Source: Pirellulales bacterium (lineage in GTDB: Bacteria; Planctomycetota; Planctomycetia; Pirellulales; PALSA-1355). From it: a stretch of DNA of 64,000 nt. The position numbers and the translations under genes were made by a program. The stretch is from the NCBI GenBank assembly GCA_041741015.1, contig JBGSKX010000303.1, positions 4,539 through 68,538 of the forward strand, read 5' to 3'. The stretch's first letter is position 1, and each line of letters starts with the position of its first letter. This document shows, one piece after another, positions 34,412-44,813 of the stretch. The notes beneath the pieces are model-generated. The model was given only the letters and a program-made list of their open reading frames with translations, was not told the DNA's origin and did no database searches.

Positions 34412-36208
34412 TTAGAACTCGAGAGAGCGGAACGACTTGAGCCCCAGTCGCATTGGCACAATGGTTGCCGTCAGTCCCGTGACCAGTGCGGCAGCGATTC
34501 CAGCGATCAAGTATCTCGAATACCGATCGGAATCGGTGTCGGTCTGCGACATTACCAGGTAAAAGTGCATGGGCAGGGCCGTAAACAGCACCACGGCGAC
34601 AATGTAAATGGCGCTGATCACCAGGTTCAACGTCCCGCCGAACCCCGCCGCAATCTTTGAAGGCGATTCTTCTCGCAAGTCCGGCATTTTGGCCCCCAGG
34701 CCCACCGCAATACCTGAAAGTCCGAGGCATAGGAGCAGGCAAGTCAGCTGATGGATCGCCAGAACAAGCGGCGATACTCGCAACATAAAGTCGCTCAACA
34801 TGATGAGCAGACAGCAGGGCAGGGACGATCCAACCACGGCGAACAAGAACTTGCCCCACAACACGGACTCGCGGCGAACCGGCAACATGCTGAGAATCCA
34901 GAATCGGCGACCTTCGAGACTTAACATCGGATAAATGAACCGCGTGGTAAAGGTCGAGAGAATCAGCCCCACGACCGCCAGGTTCAGAAAGCTGATCATG
35001 TTCACCCAGGCCGTGTAGTTCACGTCGTAGCTGAAGCGCCGGATGTTGGCGAAGTAGAGCGCGAGCAGCCCGAAGAAGATTAAGAACTGTGTCCACTGCA
35101 CTGGATCGCGGCGGAACAGACGCAAGTCTTTGACGATCAGCAATCGCATCTGCGGGGTCAGCAGTGGTACGAATCTCATCACGGCCTGGTCGAGCCAAAA
35201 GTTCGCTTTGGGGCGGCGTCGAGCGTGATCCGTGCGGAGCTCACTATAGCTGGTGCGATAGATCCGGCCGCCAATCGTCACGGCCAGGACGCGCAAAAAC
35301 AGCGCGTTTGAGATTAGCAGCGACAGAAATAACAAGCTCTCCGCCCAAGGAGCGCTCCCCGGTTGCCCGGCATCATTGCGCGAGGCCTCCAGCAGCCCGG
35401 AACTCAGCCACCAACTGGGTAGCAGCCGGTGCTCGCTGTATTGCAGACGGCTGAGCATCTCCTGAAACCAGTTAACGGTCAGCAAATTACCCTCTGTCTT
35501 CGCCAGTAGGGCCCAGATGAGAAGTAAGATACCACCGACCAGCACGATTCCGGCGAGCACCAATGCCTGGCGGCGCAACCGGGCCAGGTGATGCACAAAC
35601 AGCATGCACAGAATGGCGCCGATACCGCCCGGTATGTACACGAACGCCGCCATGAAGGGAAGCAATAGCGCGTAGTAGTACCAGGGCGATTCGACTTGCA
35701 ACCCATAGGCCACGAGCATCGGACTGCCAAGGAGCAGAAAGCCCCAACTGCTGAACACGATCGCTTCCTGGAACTTATGCAGCACGATTCGCTCGGGCCG
35801 CACCGGGGTCGTCAATAAGAATTCGGCTTCGCTCGAGCGATATAGACCGCCGTAGAGAATGATCGCCGAGGACAGCACGAGCATCACCAGCAGCGAAGCG
35901 AAAAACACGTTGTAAACGGCCTGCACAGTCTGAGCCTGCGTGACGGGATGCGCGATCGTGTGTGCAAGAAAGCGGAAGCCCTCGCCGAACAGCAGGAACA
36001 GTCCGTACCAGAAAAACGCGCTCAACAGAACGACGAGCGTCACGCGAAGTCTGGCCGTGGTGAGTGCCTGGCGAATCATCGTGCGAACCATCCGCGAGCG
36101 CAATCGCCAGAGCAATCGGGCTTCCGCGGCCGGCGAAAGCAGTAGCTCTTCGGTCGTCGAGTGGGTTGCGACTCGCTCATCGCCCCAGGTGTCCGCGATG
36201 CTTGTCAT
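34412..36208 (-). CDS. Large ABC-exporter permease (12-TM-like, duplicated ABC-2-type)
   Basis: About 599 aa and highly hydrophobic. The start (ATG 36208 or GTG 36211) overlaps the stop of the ABC ATPase gene. Confidence 0.8.
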   Translation of the reverse strand: MTSIADTWGDERVATHSTTEELLLSPAAEARLLWRLRSRMVRTMIRQALTTARLRVTLVVLLSAFFWYGLFLLFGEGFRFLAHTIAHPVTQAQTVQAVYNVFFASLLVMLVLSSAIILYGGLYRSSEAEFLLTTPVRPERIVLHKFQEAIVFSSWGFLLLGSPMLVAYGLQVESPWYYYALLLPFMAAFVYIPGGIGAILCMLFVHHLARLRRQALVLAGIVLVGGILLLIWALLAKTEGNLLTVNWFQEMLSRLQYSEHRLLPSWWLSSGLLEASRNDAGQPGSAPWAESLLFLSLLISNALFLRVLAVTIGGRIYRTSYSELRTDHARRRPKANFWLDQAVMRFVPLLTPQMRLLIVKDLRLFRRDPVQWTQFLIFFGLLALYFANIRRFSYDVNYTAWVNMISFLNLAVVGLILSTFTTRFIYPMLSLEGRRFWILSMLPVRRESVLWGKFLFAVVGSSLPCCLLIMLSDFMLRVSPLVLAIHQLTCLLLCLGLSGIAVGLGAKMPDLREESPSKIAAGFGGTLNLVISAIYIVAVVLFTALPMHFYLVMSQTDTDSDRYSRYLIAGIAAALVTGLTATIVPMRLGLKSFRSLEF

Positions 36209-36984
36209 CACACGGAATCCTCCGCGGATGCGGCCGTAGTCTCCGCTTCCTGGCCGTTCGCCTGAGGAGCTGTAAAGCTAAGGTAGAGGTGCTCGAGTGA
36301 CGACTCATGCGAAGCGACTCTGGCTCGCAGCTCGTCGATCGTGCCTAAAAACTGCAATCGTCCCTGATCGACGATACCTACTCGATCGGCGATTTCCTGC
36401 GCAATCGAGAGCAGATGAGTCGACATGAAGATCGTTTGGCCGCCACGGGCTTTCTTTCGCAGCAGGTCTTTGATCACGCGAACGCTGCGCGGATCGAGCC
36501 CCACCATTGGTTCGTCGATTACCAAAACTTGCGGATCATGCAACATCGCCGCGGCAAACGCCACTCGCTGTTTCATGCCGTGCGAGTAGCTTTCCGTCAG
36601 ATCGTCGACAAACTCGTGCAGCTTGAAAATGCTGATCTGCTCTTTGATCCGCTCGTCAGCCTCGCGGGAATCGATTCCATACATCTCGGCAATGAATCGC
36701 AAAAACTCGTTACCCGACAGCTTGTCGTAAAGGTAGGGCACATCCGGCACATATCCCAGCAGGCGGTTAGCCGCGGTCTGCTGCTGTCCGACGTCGTGTC
36801 CGCAGAGTCGAATGGTGCCGGAACTGGGACGAAGCAGGCCGACTAGCATTTTGATGGTCGTCGTTTTGCCGGCCCCATTGGGGCCGAGAAACGCGAACAA
36901 CTCACCTCGCGGGATATGGAGGTTGAGATCATCAACGGCGAGCTTCGCGCCGTAGCGGCGGGTGACGTGTTCGATTTCAATCAT
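36208..36984 (-). CDS. ABC transporter ATP-binding protein
   Basis: Walker A GPNGAGKTT, signature-like YSHGMKQR, Walker B VLVIDEP. The start overlaps the upstream gene stop by 4 nt (ATGA). Confidence 0.92.
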   Translation of the reverse strand: MIEIEHVTRRYGAKLAVDDLNLHIPRGELFAFLGPNGAGKTTTIKMLVGLLRPSSGTIRLCGHDVGQQQTAANRLLGYVPDVPYLYDKLSGNEFLRFIAEMYGIDSREADERIKEQISIFKLHEFVDDLTESYSHGMKQRVAFAAAMLHDPQVLVIDEPMVGLDPRSVRVIKDLLRKKARGGQTIFMSTHLLSIAQEIADRVGIVDQGRLQFLGTIDELRARVASHESSLEHLYLSFTAPQANGQEAETTAASAEDSV

Positions 36985-38030
36985 CGAGCTTGCAGTAAGG
37001 GGGCCTCTTCTGAATTATTCGCCGACGGCTCCGTGCGATGCTCTTCGGTGAGACCACCTTCGCCGACGGACTCGGTGCTTAGCGCGACTTGCAGGTCATC
37101 GAGTAAGTTGCGACCCGTTCCGCCCGCCATCGGTTGTCGCCAATTCTCCGGCAACCTGGCACGCAATTCGGTCGCCAAACGATCGGGTACTCGTTCGAAT
37201 TGAATCGGCGAGCGAAACATCGCGACCTCTTGTCGCAGCACCAAACCGTCTTCGTCGACCCACATTCGTCCGCGGACCGCACTGCTTCCACGCCCGCTGC
37301 CCGGATCACCGCGATAGACGACGAGGAGCACGGGTGTGCGCGTGCCGTCCCAGCGAATACCCTCTTCAGCTTCGACTGTCGCCTGCAGGACGTCCATCGG
37401 ACTATGCGGCGAGCGGAACGGCGTATATAGCGGGACCGTCCAAGTTTGGCCCACGCGTAGATTAGGCATCCGCGATTGCGGTGAAAGCTCGTCATTCATC
37501 AATGAGTTGGCGGCGAGCGGCTGGTAGAGAGTCGCCGAAACATCGCCCGAGCGAACCAGCAGTTTGAGTCGAGACCCGTCGACGGTTCCCTGCAGGCGAA
37601 TCGCATCCGGTATGCCGGCCAAGCGAATGCGAGACTCAAAGTCAGAGAGCCTGCCCAGCGGATCGACAATGATCCAGCTTTGCTTATCCACCTCCATCAG
37701 GTCCAAGTCTGAGAACACCGGTTTGAGCACGGTTGTTAGCCAGCCCGGCGCAAGTTCATCCAGGGGCAACTCTGCCAGGTACACTCGGCTGTAGAATTCG
37801 CTGATCCCATCAGGCCGCCGAACGTGCCAGTTTGCCGCCCAGCCGACTGTGCGGCCGCGCATTCGAATCGCCCAACAGGCGGGTAGATCTTTGTCGCTTT
37901 CGGCAGAGATCGAAGTGTAGTTGGGGGGCTCACCCACGCGGAGCGGCGGCAAAATCTTGGCCGCCACTAGCCAGCCCATTGTGGCCAGCCAGAAGAGGAC
38001 CACGATGACGTTGAAGGCTGGATTTCCCAT
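36981..38030 (-). CDS. Hypothetical membrane-anchored protein, first gene of the ABC operon
   Basis: ATG at 38030 (MGNPAFNVIVVLFWLATMGWLVAAKIL gives one N-terminal TM). The remaining roughly 320 aa are soluble with no recognisable motif. The ORF is open to TTG 38096. Confidence 0.7.
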   Translation of the reverse strand: MGNPAFNVIVVLFWLATMGWLVAAKILPPLRVGEPPNYTSISAESDKDLPACWAIRMRGRTVGWAANWHVRRPDGISEFYSRVYLAELPLDELAPGWLTTVLKPVFSDLDLMEVDKQSWIIVDPLGRLSDFESRIRLAGIPDAIRLQGTVDGSRLKLLVRSGDVSATLYQPLAANSLMNDELSPQSRMPNLRVGQTWTVPLYTPFRSPHSPMDVLQATVEAEEGIRWDGTRTPVLLVVYRGDPGSGRGSSAVRGRMWVDEDGLVLRQEVAMFRSPIQFERVPDRLATELRARLPENWRQPMAGGTGRNLLDDLQVALSTESVGEGGLTEEHRTEPSANNSEEAPLLQAR

Positions 38031-38379
38031 ACAACGGGCGTGCCGGAAAGCAGCGGAGGTGAAGCGTGAAGGATTGACATCACTTAGTTTACCCAATCAT
38101 TGCCGGGCCGGCGAGCGAGCGGAGTTGGCCGGTCTGGGCGAACCTGATAGGCAGTGGCCGTGTCATCCTTGCAATTCGCGATGTTGGAGCTCAATGGCCC
38201 GCCTAGGGGATTCTGACGGTGTCGTAAGTCGGCTAGCTAGTTTGTGATTTCTTTCACTATTGCAAGTTCGTTTAACTGCAGTGCAGCAGCAAAGTGGGGT
38301 CAACTTGATTGCTCAAAACCGACAAATGGTCTACGATGGTGGAGCCTATCAGCACGGGCAAGGTAATGGAGATGCCACC

Positions 38380-38604
38380 ATGTCGCGAGCGACTTATTTC
38401 GTGCAGGAATGCCCCACGTGCGGACGCAGTCTACAAATTAATGTTGAGCATCTGGGCAGACAGGTAATGTGCCAGCACTGCCACGGCCGATTTGAAGCCA
38501 ACCAATCGGCCCCGCAGGAGCCACGCGGCGCGGACCTGTTACGCCGAGCCGAGCAGCTGCTGGAGTCGACTTCGCTCCACCACCGGCAGCCGCCTGCAGC
38601 CTAG
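38380..38604 (+). CDS. Small zinc-ribbon protein
   Basis: GGAG lies 8 nt upstream of ATG 38380. The ribbon is CPTCG..(18)..CQHCH. The 74-aa gene has a 3' end that overlaps the convergent aroA stop by 4 nt. Confidence 0.55.
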   Translation: MSRATYFVQECPTCGRSLQINVEHLGRQVMCQHCHGRFEANQSAPQEPRGADLLRRAEQLLESTSLHHRQPPAA

Positions 38605-39890
38605 CGGCGTCGCAATTGGGCTAGGTCGTCCCAGTAGCCGGGATAAGTCTTTCCCACGCATTCGGGATCGTTGATCACGACGCCGGGCAGCCTAAGACCG
38701 ACCAGGGCCAGGCTCATTGCCATGCGATGATCGTCGTACGTATCGATAGCTGCCGGTTGTAGCCTGCCCGGTTTAATATGGAGTCCATCGGCCGACTCGT
38801 CGACTTGTGCGCCAAGTTTGCGCAGCTCGGTCGCAAGAGCTCCGATCCGGTCAGTTTCCTTGTGGCGAATGTGCCCCACGTTCCGAATCGTTGTCGGTCC
38901 ATTCGCAAACAGCGCAACGGCGCCCAGCGTTTGCACGGTATCGCTGATCGCGTTCATATCGACGTCGACTCCGTTCAGAGCCCCGCCCTCGACGGTGGTT
39001 CCAGCACTATCGGATGTTACACGACATCCCATCCGGGCAAGGACGCCGCAGAAAGCGACGTCGCCTTGCAAGCTTGCCGGTCCAAGGCCTTCCACGCGAA
39101 CTCGGCCGCCGGTGATCGCCGCGGCAGCCCAGAAATAGCTGGCCGCCGAAGCATCCGGTTCGATGGCATACTCTTGACCGCGATAGCCAGATGTTGCAAT
39201 CCGAAACTTCTTGAAATCGGGAGTGTGTTCCACGACTGCGCCAAATGATCGCATCACTGCCAGCGTCATGGTTACGTAAGGGACCGACACGAGCGGACCA
39301 GCGATGTCGATCACAAGTGGCTCGCTGCAGTCGACCCCGGCACACGGCGCGGCCAACAATACCGCACTGAGGAACTGGCTGGAGATGTCTCCTCGAACTG
39401 TCGTTTGGCGAATCGTTAAACCATCGGCATGCACGATCACCGGTGGACAGCCTGTCCCCAATTCGCTTTCCGCGTGAACGCCGAGTATCGTTAGCGCATC
39501 GAGCAGATCTTGAATTGGCCGCTCGTGCATACGTTTGGTGCCATGCAAGCGGAAGCGGCCATGCGCCAATGCAACCAGCGCCGTCAGGAAGCGGACGCTT
39601 GTGCCGCTGTTAGCAATGAAGAGATCGGCGCATTCGGCCGGGATATTGCCGTTGCAGCCGGTGACTTGCACCTCATGCGACTGATGATCCGCCTGTAGTT
39701 CGATGCCGAGCGCCTTGAGTGCATCGAGCATCACCCGCGTGTCTTCGCTATCGAGCAGGCCGGTGAGCGATGATTTGCCGTGGGCCAGGGCAGCACACAC
39801 CAGCGCACGATTGGTGAGACTCTTGGAGCCCGGCGGGCGAACGCTTGCGTCAGGCGTAGCGGCAAGGGGCTCGATTTCGATACTCGACAT
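38601..39890 (-). CDS. aroA: 3-phosphoshikimate 1-carboxyvinyltransferase (EPSP synthase)
   Basis: The hallmark PPGSKSLTNRAL is present, along with ..LDSEDTRVMLDAL.., and the 429-aa length fits. Confidence 0.93.
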   Translation of the reverse strand: MSSIEIEPLAATPDASVRPPGSKSLTNRALVCAALAHGKSSLTGLLDSEDTRVMLDALKALGIELQADHQSHEVQVTGCNGNIPAECADLFIANSGTSVRFLTALVALAHGRFRLHGTKRMHERPIQDLLDALTILGVHAESELGTGCPPVIVHADGLTIRQTTVRGDISSQFLSAVLLAAPCAGVDCSEPLVIDIAGPLVSVPYVTMTLAVMRSFGAVVEHTPDFKKFRIATSGYRGQEYAIEPDASAASYFWAAAAITGGRVRVEGLGPASLQGDVAFCGVLARMGCRVTSDSAGTTVEGGALNGVDVDMNAISDTVQTLGAVALFANGPTTIRNVGHIRHKETDRIGALATELRKLGAQVDESADGLHIKPGRLQPAAIDTYDDHRMAMSLALVGLRLPGVVINDPECVGKTYPGYWDDLAQLRRR

Positions 39891-39938
39891 GAATGTCAGA
39901 CCAGACTTCGCGGCGCCCGAGGCAGTTCAAAAAGGGAG

Positions 39939-41177
39939 TTACTCGGCGGCGATCTTCCACAGGTGGGCGTCGCTGCGAATGTAAATTGCTCCATCGGCAA
40001 CGGCAGGTGAACTCTGTATCTCGCCGTCAAGTTGTCCGCCGCCAGCCAGTTCACCCTTGCTGCCGTCGGCTGCGATTGCGACTACCAATCCCTTACCGGC
40101 CTTGTTAAAGGCGTACATCTTGTCGCCCACGATGACCGGTGTTCCCCAGAACTCGCCTTCCAAGCGGACTCGCCAGATAGGCTTGCCGTCCGCCGTGGTC
40201 GCACAGTTAAGCACACCCGCGCGATTGACAATGTACAACCGCTCTCCATCAATGATTGTGCTGGCGGCGCCCGGCTGCAGGTTCTGAGCGTTCCACAGCG
40301 TATCGGGTTCCGGTTTGTCGCCCGGCTTCAGGGCCGTGAGGCCCTTGGAAGCAACGTAGACTGTGTTGCCAATTGACGTTGGGGAGGAGATTGCATCACA
40401 CGCGACTTCATAGTCCCAAACCTGCTGGCCGTCGCTTGTGCGATGCGCCGAAAGCCGCTTGGGCGATTGCAGCAATACGATACCCGCGTTGCCGGACATT
40501 CCCACCGGGGAAGCCCAACTGGCCTCCCGGGGCCGCGCGACCTTCCAGCGAGGTTCCCCTGTGATTTTGTCGATGCCTGTACCGAACGAATCGCCCTGAC
40601 ATTCCACTTGAGCCACCAGCACGTCGCCAACGACGACGGGCGAACTCGACATGCCCACGTCGTTGCCAGCAGCGGGATAGTCGTGAGCGAGGCCGCGAAA
40701 CCACTTCAGATTGCCATCCAGATCGAGGCATGCCAGGTCGTTGGATGAATAGAACGCGAAGATTAGCTGTCCGTCACTGGCAGGTGTCGGAGCAGCGTTG
40801 GCGCTGCTGGGATGGCTCAACGTGCGGCCTGTCGCCCAGAACTGACGTTCCCAAAGTTGGCGACCATCCGCGACATCAAAACACAAGACATGCAGCCGGT
40901 CCTGATTGATGCCACTCGAGGCCGTAACAATTACCTTGCCGCCGACCACGATCGGACTCGAAGGCCCTTTGCCCGGCAGCTTGACCTTCCACGCGATGTT
41001 CTTGCCATCGGCATCGGACCATTCGCTGGGCGGCTGTTTGCCCCGGGCGACACTATTGGATTGTGCTCCGCGAAACTGCGGCCAGTCTTCGGCCTGCAAT
41101 GAACTCACGGCAATGCCACACACAATCAGCAACGTGGCAAATGCAATCATTCGATGAATCACGAGGGAATGCTCCAT
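39939..41177 (-). CDS. PQQ-like beta-propeller repeat protein (BamB-like fold), secreted
   Basis: Signal sequence (IAFATLLIVCGIAVSSLQA), then the DWPQFRG start typical of this family. G-x-hydrophobic-W propeller repeats recur throughout. Confidence 0.85.
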   Translation of the reverse strand: MEHSLVIHRMIAFATLLIVCGIAVSSLQAEDWPQFRGAQSNSVARGKQPPSEWSDADGKNIAWKVKLPGKGPSSPIVVGGKVIVTASSGINQDRLHVLCFDVADGRQLWERQFWATGRTLSHPSSANAAPTPASDGQLIFAFYSSNDLACLDLDGNLKWFRGLAHDYPAAGNDVGMSSSPVVVGDVLVAQVECQGDSFGTGIDKITGEPRWKVARPREASWASPVGMSGNAGIVLLQSPKRLSAHRTSDGQQVWDYEVACDAISSPTSIGNTVYVASKGLTALKPGDKPEPDTLWNAQNLQPGAASTIIDGERLYIVNRAGVLNCATTADGKPIWRVRLEGEFWGTPVIVGDKMYAFNKAGKGLVVAIAADGSKGELAGGGQLDGEIQSSPAVADGAIYIRSDAHLWKIAAE

Positions 41178-41193
41178 TCACACGAGGTGTAAA

Positions 41194-42387
41194 CTAGCTG
41201 GCGTCGGCCGCGGCCGTGGCTTCCACTTTTTTAGGCTTGGGATTGGCCGGTCCGCGATCCTTGGCCAGAATCGCCTTGCCGGACGAATCGCAGACGCGAA
41301 GCTGAAAAACCCAATTCTGAGCCCAATCGACCGTTTGCTCATCCTGGCAGATCTTGACCAAGATGACGTTCTTGCCCTTTTTCAGAGTGCCGCGGCCAAC
41401 GTACTGATCGATTGCCGAATTCGCATGATAAGCTTCCGCTTCGGAAAGCTTCTCGCCGTTGAGCCACACCTTATTGGCATTCTCCGAACCGGTGCGCAGC
41501 TCCGCAGGCTGTTCGTGGTCGCTTTCGAACACAGCTAGCGCATAGCCCGCCACGCCCATGTGCTTGCCCAGGGCCTTGTTCAGATCGACTTCGCCATATT
41601 CGTGGTCGGTGTGGTGCTGCTTCCAACTCACATCGCCCGCTGAGCCTTCGTAGCTGGCCGCGAGGTCGATCTGTTCCTCTGGAGGATAGATCGCATCGAA
41701 GCCTTTACCGGCACGATTATCGAACGGACCGATTAGTTGCCAGTCGACAACGAAACCGTAGTGATGCTGCAGATCGACCGGTGCATCAAGAGCCGCCAGC
41801 GCCTCGGTGATGGCTTTGACCTGGTCCAAATCGCGGGCTGCAACTAGTGCCTCGCGATAGGTTGCCTTAGCCTGTTCTTTCTCGTTGGCTTTTGCACTCG
41901 ATGCGGCCGACGTAACGAGACGTGTCACCGCTTCTCGGCGAAGTTCCAGGCTGGGGTCGTCTAGCATGCCTGGTATTAATCGCTCCGGCGCCCCCTTGTC
42001 GACGCGGGCAATCCATTCGTATGCCAGCCGGCGGGCCTTGGGATTGTGGTTCGTGTGGGCCAGGAATTTTTCTAAGCGGTCGACGGGGAGTTTGCCCGTC
42101 TTCTGGACTTGCTTTTCAGCCACGGCGTCCACCGCAGCACGCAGCCAGTTCTCGGCCAGCGGTCCGGCGCCGTCCATGCCAGCCAGAATCGTCGGGAGGG
42201 AATCAGCATCCGCCTGTTCCACGAGCTGTCCCCAAGCGTAGCTCGCCTCACGATGTCCTACGCCCTCCGGCTGCACCTTGCGGAGCGATTGGACGTACGT
42301 ATCCAACTCGGCGCCCTGGGCACTCAGGCGACCCGAAATCGCGGCCGCGACCAGGGCGGCCAGGCAGATGGAATGCAGTGTTCGCAT
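41194..42387 (-). CDS. Hypothetical secreted protein (helical-repeat N-half, beta-sandwich-like C-half)
   Basis: Signal peptide MRTLHSICLAALVAAAISGRLSAQG. There is no catalytic motif I can name. It lies 16 nt upstream of the propeller gene. Confidence 0.75.
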   Translation of the reverse strand: MRTLHSICLAALVAAAISGRLSAQGAELDTYVQSLRKVQPEGVGHREASYAWGQLVEQADADSLPTILAGMDGAGPLAENWLRAAVDAVAEKQVQKTGKLPVDRLEKFLAHTNHNPKARRLAYEWIARVDKGAPERLIPGMLDDPSLELRREAVTRLVTSAASSAKANEKEQAKATYREALVAARDLDQVKAITEALAALDAPVDLQHHYGFVVDWQLIGPFDNRAGKGFDAIYPPEEQIDLAASYEGSAGDVSWKQHHTDHEYGEVDLNKALGKHMGVAGYALAVFESDHEQPAELRTGSENANKVWLNGEKLSEAEAYHANSAIDQYVGRGTLKKGKNVILVKICQDEQTVDWAQNWVFQLRVCDSSGKAILAKDRGPANPKPKKVEATAAADAS

Positions 42388-42551
42388 ATATCTTGGACTC
42401 TTAGCGTCGAGGGCTAGACATTGAGGCCAATTGTACCCGAATGGGTTACCCCGCGAAACTTTGAAAACAGGCCACTCGGTTGTCCGGCGTAGTGCGGCAT
42501 CTGGCCACGGACTAGAATAGACTGCTGGTCCGATAACGCCGAGAAGTGAAC

Positions 42552-44813
42552 ATGAAAAAGGTCAATCGGGGCGGTGGCTGGCCGGCCGTCTGGTACACGT
42601 GGAGCAAAGCCCGAGAAGTGGGCGGCATTGCCAAACTTTGGAAGGCGATGCGGAGCAAGAATGCTTGCAAAACGTGTGCGCTTGGGATGGGTGGGCAGGA
42701 TGGTGGTATGGTCAACGAGGCCGGCCACTTTCCGGAGGTCTGCAAGAAGTCCCTTCAGGCCATGGCCTCCGACATGCAAGGAGCGATCCGTGGGGACCTG
42801 TTCTCCACCTACTCACTCCCCCAAATGCAGGCCTTCACGCCGCGCGAGCTTGAGTATTGCGGACGGTTGACCACACCGGTGATACGCGAAGCCGGCAGCC
42901 AGTACTACCGTCCGATCGGCTGGGACGATGCGCTAGGACGAATCGCAGCGAAGCTTAAGCAATTCCCGCCAAGCGAGACTTTCTGGTATGCCAGCGGCCG
43001 CAGCTCAAACGAAGCCGGGTTCCTGCTGCAGTTATTGGTTCGCATGTACGGAACCAACAATGTCAACAACTGCAGCTACTACTGCCATCAGGCGAGCGGA
43101 GTCGGTCTTGGTTCGTCGGTAGGCGTGGGAACCGCTACGGTCACGCTGGAGGACGTTGAGCTGGCCGATCTCGTGTTTGTCATCGGCGGAAATCCAGCCA
43201 GCAATCATCCGCGGCTGATGCGCACCCTGATGCAAGTCCGCCGCAACGGCGGTGAAGTGATTGTGATCAACCCGGTGGTGGAAACGGGAATGGTCAATTT
43301 CAGCGTGCCGAGCGATGTCCGCAGCTTGCTGTTGGGGTCACCCATCGCGAGCTTGTACGTCCAGCCGCACATCGGCGGCGACTTGGCGCTCCTCGCAGGC
43401 ATTGCCAAGCGGATCGAAGAGGTCGGCGCCGCGGACGAGCAGTTTGCAAGCACCCACTGCGAGGGCTGGGACGAATACCGCTCGTTCCTGCACGCGCTGG
43501 ATTGGAACGATATCACGAGTCGATCGGGCGTCGATCTGCGGACGATCGACGAGATCGCCAAGCGATACTTTGCCGCCAAGAGCGCTGTGTTCAGTTGGAC
43601 GATGGGAATCACCCATCATCTGCATGGCGTGCAGAATGTGCAGGCGATCGCCAATCTGGCGCTGTTGCGCGGGATGGTTGGTAAGGCGAATTCCGGCCTG
43701 TTGCCGATTCGCGGGCACTCAAACGTCCAAGGCATGGGCTCGCTTGGCGTTACTCCCGCGTTGAAGGACGCTGTGCTGCGGCGGCTTGAAACTCATTTCG
43801 GCGTGCAGCTTCCGACCCAGCCGGGCCTCGACACGATGGCCTGCATGCAGGCCGCGGACGAAGGGCGGCTCAAGTTCGGCTTCTGCTTGGGTGGTAACTT
43901 GTACGGCTCGAACCCCGATGCCAACTATGCTCGTGAAGCCCTCGGCAAGCTCGACATGCTGGTCTACCTAAGCACGACGCTCAACACGGGGCACGCTCAC
44001 GGACTGGCGGCAGGTGATACGATCGTACTGCCCGTCCTCGCACGCGATGAGGAGCCGCAGCCCACGACGCAAGAGTCCATGTTCAGCTACGTTCGCTATA
44101 GCGACGGCGGTCCGCGGCGCCACGAAGGCCCGCGGAGCGAGGTTGAATTAATTGCCGAGATCGGCCGGCTTGTCTTAGGGGATCGGCAAAGTCCCATCGA
44201 TTGGCAGCGGCTGGCCAATCACGGTGAGATTCGCGAGGCAATCGGCGCCATCATTCCCGGTTGGGAAAAGATCAGCGATATGGACCGCACGAAGGCGGAG
44301 TTCCATATCGCCGGTCGCCGGTTGAGTACACCGACGTTTCCGACAACGACGGGCAAGGCTCGGCTCCACGTCCACGAACTTCCTGTTTCGCGTCTCGCTG
44401 ATGGCGAGCTGCGGCTGATGACCGTCCGCAGCGAAGGACAGTTCAATACCGTGGTTTATGAGGACTATGATCTCTATCGCGGCCAGGATCGTCGCGACAT
44501 CGTGCTGGTGCATCCCGACGACCTTGTCGAACGTGGGCTGGCAGCCAATCAACCGGTCACAATTGCAAGCCAGGTGGGGGCGATGCGGGCGATCGTCAGG
44601 CCATACGGGAATATCAGGCCGGGCAACGTATTGATGTACTATCCCGAGGCCAACGTGCTCGTGCCTCGCGATGTCGATCCGGCTTCACGGACGCCCGCCT
44701 TCAAGAATGTGGCCGTCACCATCGAGCCCGCCGTTGGAACTCCGAATTGCTTGCAAATCGCCCCCGAATTCGCGGCCCAGGGCTCTTCGAAAGCTCAAAT
44801 GCGCTCATGCTAG
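42552..44813 (+). CDS. FdhF/YdeP-family molybdopterin oxidoreductase
   Basis: The N-terminal motif GGGWPAVWYT..KNACKTCALGMGGQ is typical of YdeP-like proteins, and the length is about 750 aa. There is no in-frame TGA. Confidence 0.9.
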   Translation: MKKVNRGGGWPAVWYTWSKAREVGGIAKLWKAMRSKNACKTCALGMGGQDGGMVNEAGHFPEVCKKSLQAMASDMQGAIRGDLFSTYSLPQMQAFTPRELEYCGRLTTPVIREAGSQYYRPIGWDDALGRIAAKLKQFPPSETFWYASGRSSNEAGFLLQLLVRMYGTNNVNNCSYYCHQASGVGLGSSVGVGTATVTLEDVELADLVFVIGGNPASNHPRLMRTLMQVRRNGGEVIVINPVVETGMVNFSVPSDVRSLLLGSPIASLYVQPHIGGDLALLAGIAKRIEEVGAADEQFASTHCEGWDEYRSFLHALDWNDITSRSGVDLRTIDEIAKRYFAAKSAVFSWTMGITHHLHGVQNVQAIANLALLRGMVGKANSGLLPIRGHSNVQGMGSLGVTPALKDAVLRRLETHFGVQLPTQPGLDTMACMQAADEGRLKFGFCLGGNLYGSNPDANYAREALGKLDMLVYLSTTLNTGHAHGLAAGDTIVLPVLARDEEPQPTTQESMFSYVRYSDGGPRRHEGPRSEVELIAEIGRLVLGDRQSPIDWQRLANHGEIREAIGAIIPGWEKISDMDRTKAEFHIAGRRLSTPTFPTTTGKARLHVHELPVSRLADGELRLMTVRSEGQFNTVVYEDYDLYRGQDRRDIVLVHPDDLVERGLAANQPVTIASQVGAMRAIVRPYGNIRPGNVLMYYPEANVLVPRDVDPASRTPAFKNVAVTIEPAVGTPNCLQIAPEFAAQGSSKAQMRSC

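Noticed and set aside
42552-44813. Possible selenocysteine recoding in the FdhF/YdeP-family gene
   Set aside because: The frame is continuous with no in-frame TGA, so nothing suggests Sec.
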